NCBI RefSeq assembly: GCF_006345805.1
Contig: NC_042998.1
Coordinates: forward strand, 76,632,001-76,696,000
Length of the DNA stretch: 64,000 bases
Direction of reading: 5' to 3'
Origin: Octopus sinensis
Taxonomy: Eukaryota
Shown: positions 1 to 13,226 of the stretch, in pieces
Layout of the letters: every line of letters starts with the position of its first letter
Numbering within the stretch: the first letter of the stretch is position 1
The notes under the pieces: generated by a model
The model's database searches: none
Seen by the model: the letters and a program-made list of their open reading frames with translations, nothing else
Told to the model about the DNA's origin: nothing
Position numbers and translations under genes: made by a program

Positions 1-38
1 TCTATCTATCTATCTAATCCATCCATCATCTATCTATA

Positions 39-102
<64 letters not shown>

Positions 103-110
103 CATCCATC

Positions 111-149
<39 letters not shown>

Positions 150-157
150 CATCCATC

Positions 158-212
<55 letters not shown>

Positions 213-235
213 CATCCATCATCTATCTATCTATC

Positions 236-305
<70 letters not shown>

Positions 306-411
306 ATCTATCTATCTATCTATCCATCCATCATCTATCTATCTATCTAGCTATCTATCTATCTACCTACCTACCTACCTACCTACCTATCGATCTATCT
401 ATCTGTCTGCC

Positions 412-444
<33 letters not shown>

Positions 445-560
445 GCTGTCTGTCTATCTGTCTGTCTGATCATGTGCCTGCCTGTCTCCTCTTTATTTAT
501 CTGTCTGTCTGCCTGTCTGTCTGCCTGTCTGCCCGTCTGTCTGTCTGTCTCTGTACCTAA
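1..560. repeat. Compound tetranucleotide microsatellite (TCTA)n/(CCTA)n/(TCTG)n
   Basis: Directly visible tandem units. Confidence 0.95.
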
Positions 561-729
561 TGACACTTAAAATTTCCTCACTTTCATTTCGATTCCTTTT
601 CACATTTATTTGTAATTATTTTACTTTGTTAAGAACGCGTCTTACAAGCATACAATGAGCAAACACCTCATGCACCCAGAAGTACACACGCACACATACA
701 AACACACATGCACACACATACCCACGCAT

Positions 730-824
730 AATATATATTATATATATATATATTATATATATAATATATTATATATATTATGTATATAATATGTATATAT
801 ATATATATATATATATGTATATAA

Positions 825-872
<48 letters not shown>

Positions 873-935
873 TATATATATATATATATATGTATAACCC
901 AGCATGTATATATATATATATATTTACATACACAC
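730..935. repeat. (TA)n microsatellite, one of many in the window
   Basis: Directly visible; explains the YI-repeat pseudo-ORFs. Confidence 0.95.
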
Positions 936-1139
936 ACACACACATGCACATATCGGTGCTCCAGCGTTGCCTTGGTTCCGATAGCTAAAGAAAACCCCAA
1001 AACTAAAGAACTAAGATATGCATGCGCACATGTTTTCACAAATATACACAAACACATGCATTCAGTGAAAAAAGTCTGTGTATATGCACGCGAGCACATG
1101 TAGATACATAGACACATGTATCTTTTGGTATAAGGCATG

Positions 1140-1183
<44 letters not shown>

Positions 1184-1613
1184 AATAAATAAAATATATG
1201 CATACATACATACATATATGTACGTACCTACATCTACATGTATATATACATGCATATATATATATATATACATGAGTACAGGACACCACAAGTAACGTAG
1301 AACTCAACGAGAAACGAAAACATAAAAACAAACTAGGAAACGGACTTTTTTTGACAACGAAAAAACAGAGTACAAGACAAGCAATACAAGGAATATTCCC
1401 CTTCATCAGCTGTCCCTGGTTCGACTCAGTGCGTGTTTCGAAGAGATATATGTGTGTATGTGTATTTATGCATATGTATGTATGTATGTATATTTACATA
1501 CACACACACACACTTATAGATGCCTAGCTTTACTAAATGTAAACAAACAAGGAGAAATGGCACGAGCAACAAAAGCAATCAACGACGGTAACCGCGTCAT
1601 TGTATACATACAG

Positions 1614-1739
1614 GTTACCGGCGAATCGATACGCACATGGGGAAAACAACAACAGAGCAGCAGCGGCAGTAGCAGCAGCAGTAGCAGTTGTAGCAGCAGT
1701 AGCAGTAGCAGCGGCTATAACAATAACAAGAACAAGGAG
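1614..1739 (+). CDS. Weak candidate 126-nt phase-0 exon (VTGESIRTWGKQQQSSS...YNNNKNKE)
   Basis: catacag| acceptor, GAG|GTAAGC donor, open frame, length divisible by 3; but weak pyrimidine tract and largely an AGC/AGT microsatellite. Confidence 0.2.
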
Positions 1740-2104
1740 GTAAGCCTCTCTTGACCAATCGACATCGCATCTCGGGTTCGCGTTAAGTTGTGTTTGTTGT
1801 CCTCTCCAATAACCGTGGCGTTGTTGGAGATGTCACAATATCGCATGTTTGATGTTCAGTCAAAATGCAACCAAGAATATAAGTATAAATGCAACACCTT
1901 CAAGAGTATGCACAACGAAAACAACCAAGAATAAACAAACAGTGTGTTAGCAAGTGCTCTTTTTTTAGGGTATCATTCGACCACTAAGATTAGCAGTCAA
2001 ATCTCCTTCAAATACATGTATTACGTCTTAAAGAATGTGAAAGCATACTGAGTAATTTTCTCCGAGAAATATTGCGTTCGAACAACAACAACAACAACAA
2101 CAAC

Positions 2105-2160
<56 letters not shown>

Positions 2161-2161
<1 letters not shown>

Positions 2162-2277
2162 CTTATCTACTACAGGCATGAGGCCAGAAATGTTCGTGGA
2201 GGGGTTTAGTGGATTACATCGACCACAGGTCTCAACTGGCACTTATTTTATCGACCGCAAAATGATGAAAAGCAAAT
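2161..2277 (-). mobile_element. SINE family A, 3' fragment, next to (AAT)n at 2107-2160
   Basis: Similar to the core and tail of the copies at 17611-17823 and 58812-58971. Confidence 0.65.
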
Positions 2278-2354
2278 CCATAATGAAAAATTACTAAGGT
2301 CCATATTATATTATATATATACACGTGTTTGTGTGTCCATATATATATATAATT

Positions 2355-2391
<37 letters not shown>

Positions 2392-2954
2392 CACCTGGGC
2401 GTGTATGTGTATATGTGTGTTTCTGTGCATATAAATATATATTATATATATATATATATAATATATATATATGCACAGAAACAATATATATATACACGTG
2501 TGCGCGTATGTTTGTGTGTGTGTATGTATATATATATATGTTGCTATTCATATACATACATATTAATATGCGTGCGTGTGTGTATACATGTGTGTGTATA
2601 CATGTGCATGTATAAATGTATATATGAATATATTTAGAAGTATGCACAATATACATACATAATATGCATACACACAATATTCCACATAAACCTACATACA
2701 CCACTCTGTATATGTAAACAGAAACATGTAGGCTGAGCTTCTGTCTATATCCTTCTCTTTTAGTTTGAATATTGAGAATTGCGCAATTATGTGTGTGTGT
2801 GTGGTGTGTGTGTGTGTGTGTGTGATAGTCTTTTGCAATTTCAATTTGCCAAATTCCACTCGTAAATTATTAAGCAACCGGCGGCTGTAGTAAGATACTT
2901 GCTCAAGATGCCTTGGCGCAACAAGCATCGGGAAACCACGTGTTGCATACCTGC

Positions 2955-3030
<76 letters not shown>

Positions 3031-3111
3031 CACGCTTGTGTGTATTTTACACGATGTTATATATCTATGTAAGCATTATATATATTATATATATATAATA
3101 TATATATATAT

Positions 3112-3151
<40 letters not shown>

Positions 3152-3519
3152 TATTAAATACGCAAATATGTATATATCTATATATATATATACTATATAT
3201 ATATAGATATATATATCTATGAATACACGCAAAATATGAAACATTACTTCTTAACCATTCTGCATAGGAGAGAGAGGGAGAGAGCGAGAGAGTGAGAGAG
3301 AGAGAGAGAAGGGGGACAGAGAGGGTGGGATAGGGTGAGTGTGACTGAGAGAGAAGGAAGGCGGGGAGGGCGATTAGGAAGAGGAGAATGGATGAAAGTG
3401 AGAAAATAGAGAAAGAAAGAATTATAGAACAATCAAATATAATTACTTCAATTATTTTGGCTTAACTAATTTCAAAAAACCGAACAGGTGACTTTTTGCC
3501 GTTGAGCCGTTGCTGGAGT

Positions 3520-3735
<216 letters not shown>

Positions 3736-4305
3736 GGTAGTTTTGTTTGTGGTTGTTAAAAAAAAAATCAACATCAGCCTAATAATAGTCATTGTCGTTG
3801 TCGCCAACATCATCATTATCATCATTGTCATTATCATCGCTGTCATCCTACTTCACCTCCTCCTCTTCCTCCGCAGTATCATCATCATGAACACCATCTA
3901 TCCGGCCATCCATCCATCCATCCATCCATCCATCCATCCATCCATCCATCCAACCAGCCATCCATCCATCCATGCCGCCACGACTTTGTCATCATTTCAC
4001 TATCTTCTTCATCCTTACTTAGAGAATATATTGCATTTAGCTTCAACTGATATCACCACTAACATTCCCCCCCCCCACGACCACGACCACCACCAACTCC
4101 ACCACAACCATCACCACCATCACCACCATTACAGACATCATCATAGACAACATCATTCATCATCATCGTAATCATCATTTATCGTCATCAAAATTCTAAA
4201 TGAAAAAGACCAAAAAAAATAAAAACAAACAAACAAAATAACATAAAAGGGAAATTGAAGTTTTCATGCAATAGGAAAGGGTCTCAATGAGGGGTTGCAC
4301 AAGGT

Positions 4306-4405
4306 NNNNNNNNNNNNNNNNNNNNNNNNNNNNNNNNNNNNNNNNNNNNNNNNNNNNNNNNNNNNNNNNNNNNNNNNNNNNNNNNNNNNNNNNNNNNNNN
4401 NNNNN
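4306..4405. other. Assembly gap, 100 N
   Basis: Run of N. Confidence 1.
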
Positions 4406-4987
4406 AAGTTCTGTATGCTCGAGTAATTTCTTTAAGATCGTCTTCTCTCCTTACGAGAACTCTTTTCAAATACTTTCATACAATTAGACTTTGATTTATG
4501 GGCCTGATCTTGGGAAGAGGTTCAACGGCACGAACATGGGCCACATTTGGCAATGTGAGAAGTTCCTGGCTGTCTGGTAATAAGATGCTTCACCTAAGTT
4601 TGAGGACATCTTCCTACAGGGAAAAAGTGACAGAAAAACCAGTCATTAAAAATATTAATGAGCCACGCTTTAATTGAATGGTAATATTGCACTGGTAGAC
4701 GATGGAGTGAATGACAGTCATTCAAACTCACAGACATCCTAAGCATTCTACCACCACCTACATAAAAAGGTGTAGAGCAACTGGGCTTGTGCAACACAAT
4801 GTTTTTTTAATATCCAACAAGGCGTCAACCCATTGTTTTTAGAGGCTTGAATTATTTCAGGGTAGTACCCCTGTTTCATCCTTATGGCGCATTTGGCAGA
4901 TGAGGAACCTTTTACTCTTATCACACTTAAACTGTTTATCTTCATTCACACACACACATACACACACACTATATATGTATATATATT

Positions 4988-5073
<86 letters not shown>

Positions 5074-5150
5074 ATATAATATAAGAATATATGTGTGTGT
5101 CTGCATGTGTGCGTATGTATTTATGTGTATGTACATAATATATATATATA

Positions 5151-5790
5151 CTGGAGGATCAGTTGATTATGATTTTATTCAACATATTACCCTCTCAGAG
5201 TCACTCACTTATTGCAGCGGTCATTCAGGTTTTCTAAGTCCTTTGAGAGAACTCGGAACTCGTGATACCCTTAAAACAAGGAATTTTTCAGTACCCCATC
5301 TTTGCTGCTCTGGACATTTGCGTCGAAATCTGTTTCTGAACTCCTTCAAAACTTCTGACCGTTTGGTCAGAAGAAACCCAGTGGATGTAGATGATGAACT
5401 TACTGTTGAAAAAGAGATCATCATAAGCTTTCAGGTGGACTTGCAGTGCCTGACCTCTTGTGGCAGCGAAACAGACGCTCGGCTCATACAAGTTAATCTA
5501 TAATCAATGTAGAGTATTTCATAAGTTTTGTAGCATTTTCTCCCAGCTTAACACAAAACTCTATTGCTTAGTGAGCTTCCAAATTGTTGTCACGTCCCAA
5601 CTGCATTCTACAAACTAGTCAGCTGTAATATGCAGTGTTTAGTAGGGTGTGGTCACAGTCCTGCTGGTACAGCCATCTCCTTCAATCTGGAATAAGAGAA
5701 AAGTGAGCAGGTCAGCTTATTAAGATGTATGGTAATGATGTACTAAAATTACAATAATTTGGGATGGTTATAATTGCCTCTCTTAAAAAA
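5151..5790 (-). mobile_element. Degraded, internally deleted mariner (Tc1/mariner) transposase relic
   Basis: Minus-strand translations give AIEFCVKLGENATKLMEIL...CMSRASV (mariner N-terminal HTH) and FFNSKFIIYIHWVSSDQ / VLKEFRNRFRRKCPEQ (catalytic-domain segment); element end preceded by TA at 5149-5150. Confidence 0.75.
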
Positions 5791-5959
5791 GGCGCGAAAC
5801 GTCTGGAATGTATCTCGCACGTCCGTGCACACGCGCGCGCGCATTCACACTCATACACACATACATACACACACGCACATGTATATATATATATGTATAT
5901 ATCTGTAAGAATTTGCGTCCCCTGCAACCGTCTGAGGATCAGTGTCATTCTTTTTCTGT

Positions 5960-6115
5960 TCCCGTAACATAGCGGTTCGTCAATTAAGATCGATAGAATA
6001 AAATAAGTACTGGAAGTTTAAAGAATAAGTACTGGGGGGGGGGATTTATCCAACTACAACCCTTAAAAGTGGTGCCCCAGATGGCCCCGGTCCAATGACT
6101 CTAAAAAGTGAAAAA
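5960..6115 (+). mobile_element. SINE family B, 3' half
   Basis: cccgtaacatagcggttcg...aataagtactgggg...ggtgccccag...gtccaatgact matches the 3' half of the copies at 32890-33290 and 43615-44010. Confidence 0.65.
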
Positions 6116-6799
6116 TAAAAAAATTAAAAGATACAATTTCTTACCAAGAAACGGATTATTTATTCGAGTGAGTGAATAAGAATCAAAATCAGAGGTTGAA
6201 AAAAAGACAGATAAAACAGGGAGAGAATGGGATAAATGAATTGAAACAGTAGAATTCATAGAGTAGTTAATTGGTTGAGGGGCCGGTTGCCACAAATGAA
6301 GAGTTTATTTCTTAGACAAGTGTGTAATAGTGGTTAAGAAATTGGATTTGTACTGGTAAAATGTCAACCGTTTTCGGTTACTATTTTGTTTCTCTTCTAT
6401 TATCTCACCAACAGTCCATTGACTATTATGGTATATGTAGCTGTGGAGAGTTAGTGCAGTTTTATGTCAGAACAATTGCCATAGTATTTCATAACAGAAG
6501 AAGAATTACAAAAACGAGTTTCCTCAATATGTTCCGTAATTGAGCGAACCTAATATTTGGTGAATATACAACGTTCATGTAGCACAGTCACAATATACAA
6601 CTATCAGTATTAATACACAAAGATAGCAGGAGGAGGTCATTCACTAAACACAGATTTCGATAAATTTATCTGATATCCCTGCTAGTGGAATACAGCTTAA
6701 AGAAGGTTCATTGTAATATATAGCATGGTCCCAGTATGGGTGCAGCATACTAAGTAGACCAAATAAAATAATAACACTTTATCTATGCATACATGCATA

Positions 6800-6861
<62 letters not shown>

Positions 6862-7033
6862 CCAACACACACACATATGCAATAAAAATTGAACTCAGTG
6901 TTATTAAATGTACTTTCAATTTAGTGTATTCGGTAGTAATCTCTTTCGCTTAGACACCCACATATGCATATATGTATGTAGATATATATATAAATATATG
7001 AAAGAGTGGAGTTGAACGACGAATTAACAAAAT

Positions 7034-7130
7034 TCCTTTATTTTCGACATATGTTTCGAAGGCTGCATATTCATAATTGCGAAGGAATAAGGAGTATATT
7101 ATGCCGCTTTCTCATCAGGAAAGCAAGGAA
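7034..7130 (-). ncRNA. Type I hammerhead ribozyme, mirror copy in the left arm
   Basis: tcatcag at 7112-7118 and gacatatgtttc at 7046-7057 are the reverse complement of the core above. Confidence 0.78.
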
Positions 7131-7664
7131 CTTATGTCAACAGCAAGATGCACAAAAAACTTTTAGATGACTGCTCACACGGAGCCCATAGTGATAATGA
7201 GTGTCTCTTTAAAAAATTCCTTTATAAGGAGTGACGTCAAAATGGTTGGATGTAGAAGAATCTAGAAGGTTCTAAAGGTTCAAGGGTTCAAACGAAGTAG
7301 AAGAGAGGCATAAGAATAGGAAGGTGAAAGGGTGCAGTTCAAATGAATGGTGAATTTTCTTTTGTGAATGAGTGTCTGTGTGTGTGACTGTATATAACGG
7401 CATTAATGTGTGTGTGTGCGTGATTGTGTTTGTGGATGGGTGGGTGTCAGAAAACAGACACCCACCCAGGTGAACGGTTTGTGTCTGTGTTTGAATGTGC
7501 TTACTATAGATAGAAGGAAAGAGAGAGAGAAAGATTCTTCTACATCCAACCATTTTGACGTCACTCCTTATAAAGGAATTTTTTAAAGAGACACTCATTT
7601 TCACTATGGGCTCCGTGTGAGCAGTCATCTAAAAGTTTTTTGTGCATCTTGATGTTGACATAAG

Positions 7665-7762
7665 TTCCTTGCTTTTCCTGATGAGAAAGCGGCATAATAT
7701 ACTCCTTATTCCTTCGCAATTATGAATATGCAGCCTTCGAAACATATGTCGAAAATAAAGGA
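7665..7762 (+). ncRNA. Type I hammerhead ribozyme, minimal palindromic stem III
   Basis: ttttc-CTGATGA(7678-7684)-stem II gaaagcggcata/tatgcagccttc-GAAA(7739-7742)-catatg-TC cleavage after 7750-gaaaa; canonical G10.1-C11.1 and A15.1-U16.1 pairs. Confidence 0.8.
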
Positions 7763-7933
7763 ATTTTGTTAATTCGTCGTTCAACTCCATTCTTTCATAT
7801 ATTTATATTTTAAAAAAAACATAAATTTCCACACGAAAGCACGTAACTTCAAACGTGTCTTCTCTGATGTGAATTTGCTACCCAGGTATCGGTTAACCGA
7901 ATTATCCATAACAAGATAATTCATTCAACTACT

Positions 7934-7976
<43 letters not shown>

Positions 7977-8059
7977 GGTGTATATATCTGTCTGTCTGTG
8001 TCTTTATATTTATATATGTATATACATATGTATGTGTGTGTGCATACATATATATATTT

Positions 8060-8125
8060 TTTTTTCTTTTACTTGTTTCAGCCATCCGGCTGAGGCCATG
8101 CCGGGGCACCGCCCTTGTTGCTACC
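8060..8125 (-). mobile_element. SINE family B, tail fragment
   Basis: acttgtttcagccat...ggccatgccggggcaccgcc matches the family B terminus. Confidence 0.6.
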
Positions 8126-8139
8126 CTCTCTAAGTCCAG

Positions 8140-8365
8140 TTTGCCGTGGCTGGCCACTGATCTAAGAGAGAGTTTGTAGCTGCTGCCCTTAGGTTACCTT
8201 CGTACCTTGCAGTGGGTTCATCTGGGATCCCGGAAAGCAGCTTATCTAGATGTTTTTTGAAAAAGTCCACATCCGCATCATGTAGATCTCTTAGTTTTCT
8301 TGGCAGTTTGTTGAAAAGCTGAGGGCCCCTGAACCCCAGGCTATTACAGTATCTGCTCCTTACTC
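8140..8365 (-). mobile_element. CR1/L2-like LINE, 3' end of ORF2
   Basis: NSLGFRGPQLFNKLPRKLR...FFKKHLDKLLSGIPDEP is a typical CR1-group ORF2 C-terminus. Confidence 0.75.
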
Positions 8366-9541
8366 TATATATATATATATATATACACGCACACACACAC
8401 ACGTATATACATATACGTATGCACATATTTATATGCACATGTGAGTACATATGTGGAAAACAAGGTGGAGAAAGCAGTGCTCGAATACCATAGGCAGAGC
8501 ACATTATAGTTTTATTAATATTATTGAAGTGTAAAGAATTTTACAAATTATTACTTGTGGTTTCATCAACTAGACGTTTTTAAAATGGTGCAGTAATTAT
8601 CATTGAGCGATTGTCAAATTATAATTTTCCTTAAAATCAATGGGACACGGGGTGTGACTATTCAAATTTAGTGAAATATGTTTGATATTGCGAATGGCGG
8701 TTACCGGAAAATGAAATGATAATTAAAAGCGAGTAAAAGTTGAATAAAACTGAATAACATAACCGCATATATACATGATGATAGCCAAAATAAGTACAAT
8801 AAACAACATATTGTTTGAGGAATTCAGAATTAAAGGAAACTGGACGATAAGAACAAATATAAAACAAGGTCGAATGAGCATCACAAAACAAACACATAAA
8901 TGAATAAAGAGTATGCTATTGTCAAAAGAGTCAGTACATGACAAAATCATTATTAATATATGTACATAAATTTTTCTAGGATGCATATGGGACATGTGCG
9001 TGCGTGCGTGCGTGTGTGCATGTGTGTGTGTGTGTGTGTGTGTGTATAAACAAAACTGTCCGACGAACGGGAACGTGTAACACTGAGTAACAGCTTTTGT
9101 CATATTTTTGCTGCTTTTTAATAAAGTGTATATATATATATATATATGCATATATTTTATACATATATATACATATATATACATATATATACACCACACA
9201 CACATACACACACACAGGTGCACACATACGCACATTCATAGACATATAATATACATAAAATATACAATGCATTTATAATAAATACCTACCTATACACACA
9301 CACACACATACACATATATATACACATATATACATATATATACTTTTATATATATATATACATAAATAAATATATATATATATATATGTATATGTATGAA
9401 TGTGTGTGTGTCTGCGTGTGTTTTTATTTGTAATGTATCTGTATGTAATATACATGCATGTACATGTATATTATATACATATGTATATATATTATGTATA
9501 CCTGCATATTGATTATACAAAATATATATCATGCTTATATG

Positions 9542-9575
<34 letters not shown>

Positions 9576-9616
9576 AAGAGACATATATATATATGTATAT
9601 ATATATATTATATATA

Positions 9617-9698
<82 letters not shown>

Positions 9699-9972
9699 GC
9701 GTTTTTGCGTGTATAACAGATATATATATATAAGCATATACATATGCATATGTGTACGCACATTCATACATGCATACATATATACATACATGCACGTATG
9801 CATGTATGTATACATATATATATATACACATATAAATATATGGAATATATTTTTAATCCATACTTAATACACACACATATCTGCATAGATAGATCTGTAG
9901 ATAGATAGATTATGAAATATTTATATTTGACAATATATGTATCTACACACAAATACAAATACAATTATTCTT

Positions 9973-10080
<108 letters not shown>

Positions 10081-10116
10081 GCCAGGTATATACACGTATA
10101 TAAATATATATATATT

Positions 10117-10181
<65 letters not shown>

Positions 10182-10675
10182 GTGTGTGTGTGTGTGTGTG
10201 TTTGTATTTGTGTGCTTGTGTGTATAACATGCATAGTGTATAAAACGTATGTATAATATGGAATATATGATATAAAATATACATGGTAAATTATATATCA
10301 CACATACAGATATCTTGCATGTTTCGCATATATGTGTATATATATATATACTTGTGTGTGTGTGTTTTGTTAACTTCGATATCCGTAATTTCCAAGTTCA
10401 ATTTAATACAAAAAAATAAATAAATAAAATGTGATATTCTAGTTTGCCTAAATTGATTTTAAAAGATACTGCTATTCTTTCTTCAGTCGATCCGGACATG
10501 TTCATTCATCCAGAATTATTTTAGCCAACTAATTCTGAAGATGGTTAAATTCAAGTTTGGTAATTACAAATGAACGAATATAGAAATAAAATGTGACTTC
10601 AGCTATGGCCTTCGCATTTATCTGTGACTGTTAAACTTCAGCTACACTATGACCTAGAACTAAAAACATATCTTG

Positions 10676-10713
<38 letters not shown>

Positions 10714-11295
10714 CTATATAAATATATATATGTTGGCTGTTTTATATATACCTCTATATATATATTGGCTGTTTTTCTACTTCGTATTTCGAGCATTTCA
10801 AGATACGTTTTCAACATTACATTTGTTCCCGCAAAGCGGATTAAAAAAGAATTGGGTCTATGCGGAGAGTAAAAGTTGGTAACAAAAACAAGACAATGGA
10901 AACAGACAGGAAGTGCTGCTAAGCCTAGCCGAGTTGAGTTGGTGAACGCGGAGAAAAAAAGCTCTGACAAGAGACAGAAGAATGCATCCAACCCCTGTAA
11001 CTGATCAGAGAGAAAGAAGGAAATTCAAGTTAGGAGAAGAAAGTTGGCCGACAGTCACGTGCGAGCCACGAGAGAGCAAGGGCGGAAGAGTGAGGGAGAG
11101 AGAGAGAAGGACAAACAAAGAACGGCGTAGGGGTGGAGAAAAGAAAAATGAGAGAGGAAAATGAAAGCGAGAGAAGAGGAGATAAAGAGAATAGAGAAAG
11201 GAAGAGAGAGGAAAAAGAGAAAAAGAGATAGAATGAGAGAGGAAACGAAAGACGGGGAAAAAGGACAGAAAGAGTGACGCATCGATATTATTAAA

Positions 11296-11389
11296 ATAAA
11301 ACTTACTTGGAAATGGATGCGTGGCGTTCAATCATATAATAATATAAATATGATTGAACGCCACGCATCCATTTCCAGGTAAGTTTTAT
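11296..11389. repeat. Fold-back hairpin, 42-bp arms (41/42 match) with 10-nt loop
   Basis: 11296-11337 is the reverse complement of 11348-11389. Confidence 0.9.
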
Positions 11390-11464
<75 letters not shown>

Positions 11465-11476
11465 GAATATATATAT

Positions 11477-12240
11477 ATACAAGTAATAAGAGAGGGGCCA
11501 CATGTGGTCACCCTAACGCTAGAAATAGATCCGCGGATCTATATGTTGCGGATCTATTTCTAGCGTGTGAGTGACCACATGTGGTCTCTCTCTTATTACT
11601 TGTATTAATATTTTTTACTTTATCACAGTTTTTTTACGCTAGGCCACTTGGTGTTTTAAATTGATGTTATTAACTAATATTCAATTTTTTTCACCCTTAT
11701 TGTGATCTTAATTATAAATTAATATGTTCTCAAACCGGCAGTAAATTACTGGGGTAGTATGTCCATCCGGTATTGTCAACGCGCCAAAAATGAGGATATT
11801 TGAACGTAACTGCAAGTATAATCGGCTGTGCCATTCGCCTTTGCTCGGCTTCGTATGGATTTTGGCGTTCGGTTCAGCAAATTAAATTTTTGATATACTC
11901 TACCGATGATTCGAAAATGATTTGTAAGTAAATTTACACAATCTATTAACGATGAAACAATTGTATAGAGTTAATCCATTTTTTCGTTATTTTTCATTTG
12001 TCCTGCCCGCTTATATTCTTGGCGTGTTGAATTAATGCTTGAGAACAATTCTTTAGTGGTGGATTCCCTTTGCGGATCTATTTCTAGCGTTAGAGTGATC
12101 ACATGTGGTCCCTCTCTTATTACTTGTATTAATAATTTTTACTGTATCACAGTTTTTTTACGCTAGGCCACTTGGTGTTTTAAATTGATGTTATTAATTA
12201 ATATCCAATTTTTTCACCCTTATTGTGATTTTAATTATAT
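11477..12240. mobile_element. Unclassified ~760-bp element: ~170-bp direct repeats (11548-11717, 12072-12238) plus an inverted partial copy (11477-11534)
   Basis: gcggatctatttctagcgt...cacatgtggt...tattacttgtatt occurs twice directly and once inverted; (TA)n on both flanks. Confidence 0.6.
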
Positions 12241-12344
12241 ATATATATATATATTGACACACAACCACACCTTCGTACATACACACACACACACATATAT
12301 ACATATATGTATGTATGCATGTATGTATGTATATGTATGTATGT

Positions 12345-12530
12345 ATATATGTATGTGCGGTAAGAAGCTTGTTTCTCAACTACATGGCCCCGGGTTCAAT
12401 CTCATTGCGTGGCACTTTATGCAAGTGTCTTCTACTATAGCCTCGGGTCGACAAAAGCCGTGTGATGTGTAAAGGATAAGGTAGACGGAAACTGAAAGAA
12501 ACCTGCCGTATATATGTATATATATATATA
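12345..12530 (+). mobile_element. SINE family B, 5' half (tRNA-like head), interrupted in its central (TA)n
   Basis: gtgcggtaagaagc...gggttcaatc...gcaagtgtcttctactatagcctcggg...gtagacggaaactgaaagaa. Confidence 0.8.
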
Positions 12531-13009
12531 TCTTTATATATATAAAACTGAGAATGTGTGTGTATGTGTGTCTGTCTGTGTGTTTCCCTAAAACTTGAGA
12601 ACTACACAACCAATTTCATTCAAATTTTACACATGCCTTACTTAGGGTCCATGTAGTTTCATGGGCAAAAAATGTTCAACTTCTTGCCTAGAGCGAGCCC
12701 ATAGCAATATCATATCTTCTCCACTATTTCAGTATTACGTGTTAAAAGTGAAACAAAACCGTTTCTCTATTTTATGTCAGATACTTTCACTTTAACTATA
12801 AAAATAATAATAACAATTGAATTATATGTAGTAAGTAATAATGAAAATCAAACTAAAGTATAATGTAATCGTAACACAACAAAAGTAAAAATAGCAATTG
12901 GTATAAAATTGCATCAATGATTTGAACTTGAATAAGTGGTTTCACATGAATGGGAATAAATTGAAAATAAAATTAGCGTGCAGAAATGGAATAGTCCAGA
13001 TGGATAATA

Positions 13010-13067
13010 AAAAATTAAATTAAAGAAAAGTCTATTGTCTATAAAGTATACAATGTAGAGAAAAAAG
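13010..13067 (+). pseudogene. Decayed ORF1-like paralog, 5' piece
   Basis: Translates *IKEKSIVYKVYNVEKK, aligning with WFHRRTIKYKVF of the 13227 ORF. Confidence 0.55.
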
Positions 13068-13226
13068 GTCGCGTTTTTTTGCGCTCTGTAAAATTCGGTT
13101 AAAAAAGAACAAAAAGTGAATTGTGGTTGCGGAATTGGAACGTCGGTTGGTGCGGTTTCGCGTCGCACTGGTTCTGTGCGTCGCACGTTTTCTGTTCGGG
13201 AGGCCGTTTTTCGGTCTGAGGCGACT

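Larger units (their letters stand above)
6988..7808. mobile_element. Inverted pair of Penelope-like pseudo-LTRs (arms 6988-7263 and 7532-7808, 268-bp spacer)
   Basis: Arms are reverse complements with about 4 differences in 276 bp; each carries a hammerhead motif; outer ends lie in TA-rich sequence. Confidence 0.75.

Noticed and set aside
4406-4945. Minus-strand acceptor at 4613 and protein-like fragments next to the gap
   Set aside because: All frames hit stops quickly and no family was recognisable; possibly old transposon debris.
13116-13226. N-terminal 37 codons of the 360-aa ORF
   Set aside because: Called from a GTG inside the CpG-rich 5' UTR; the first ATG is at 13227.
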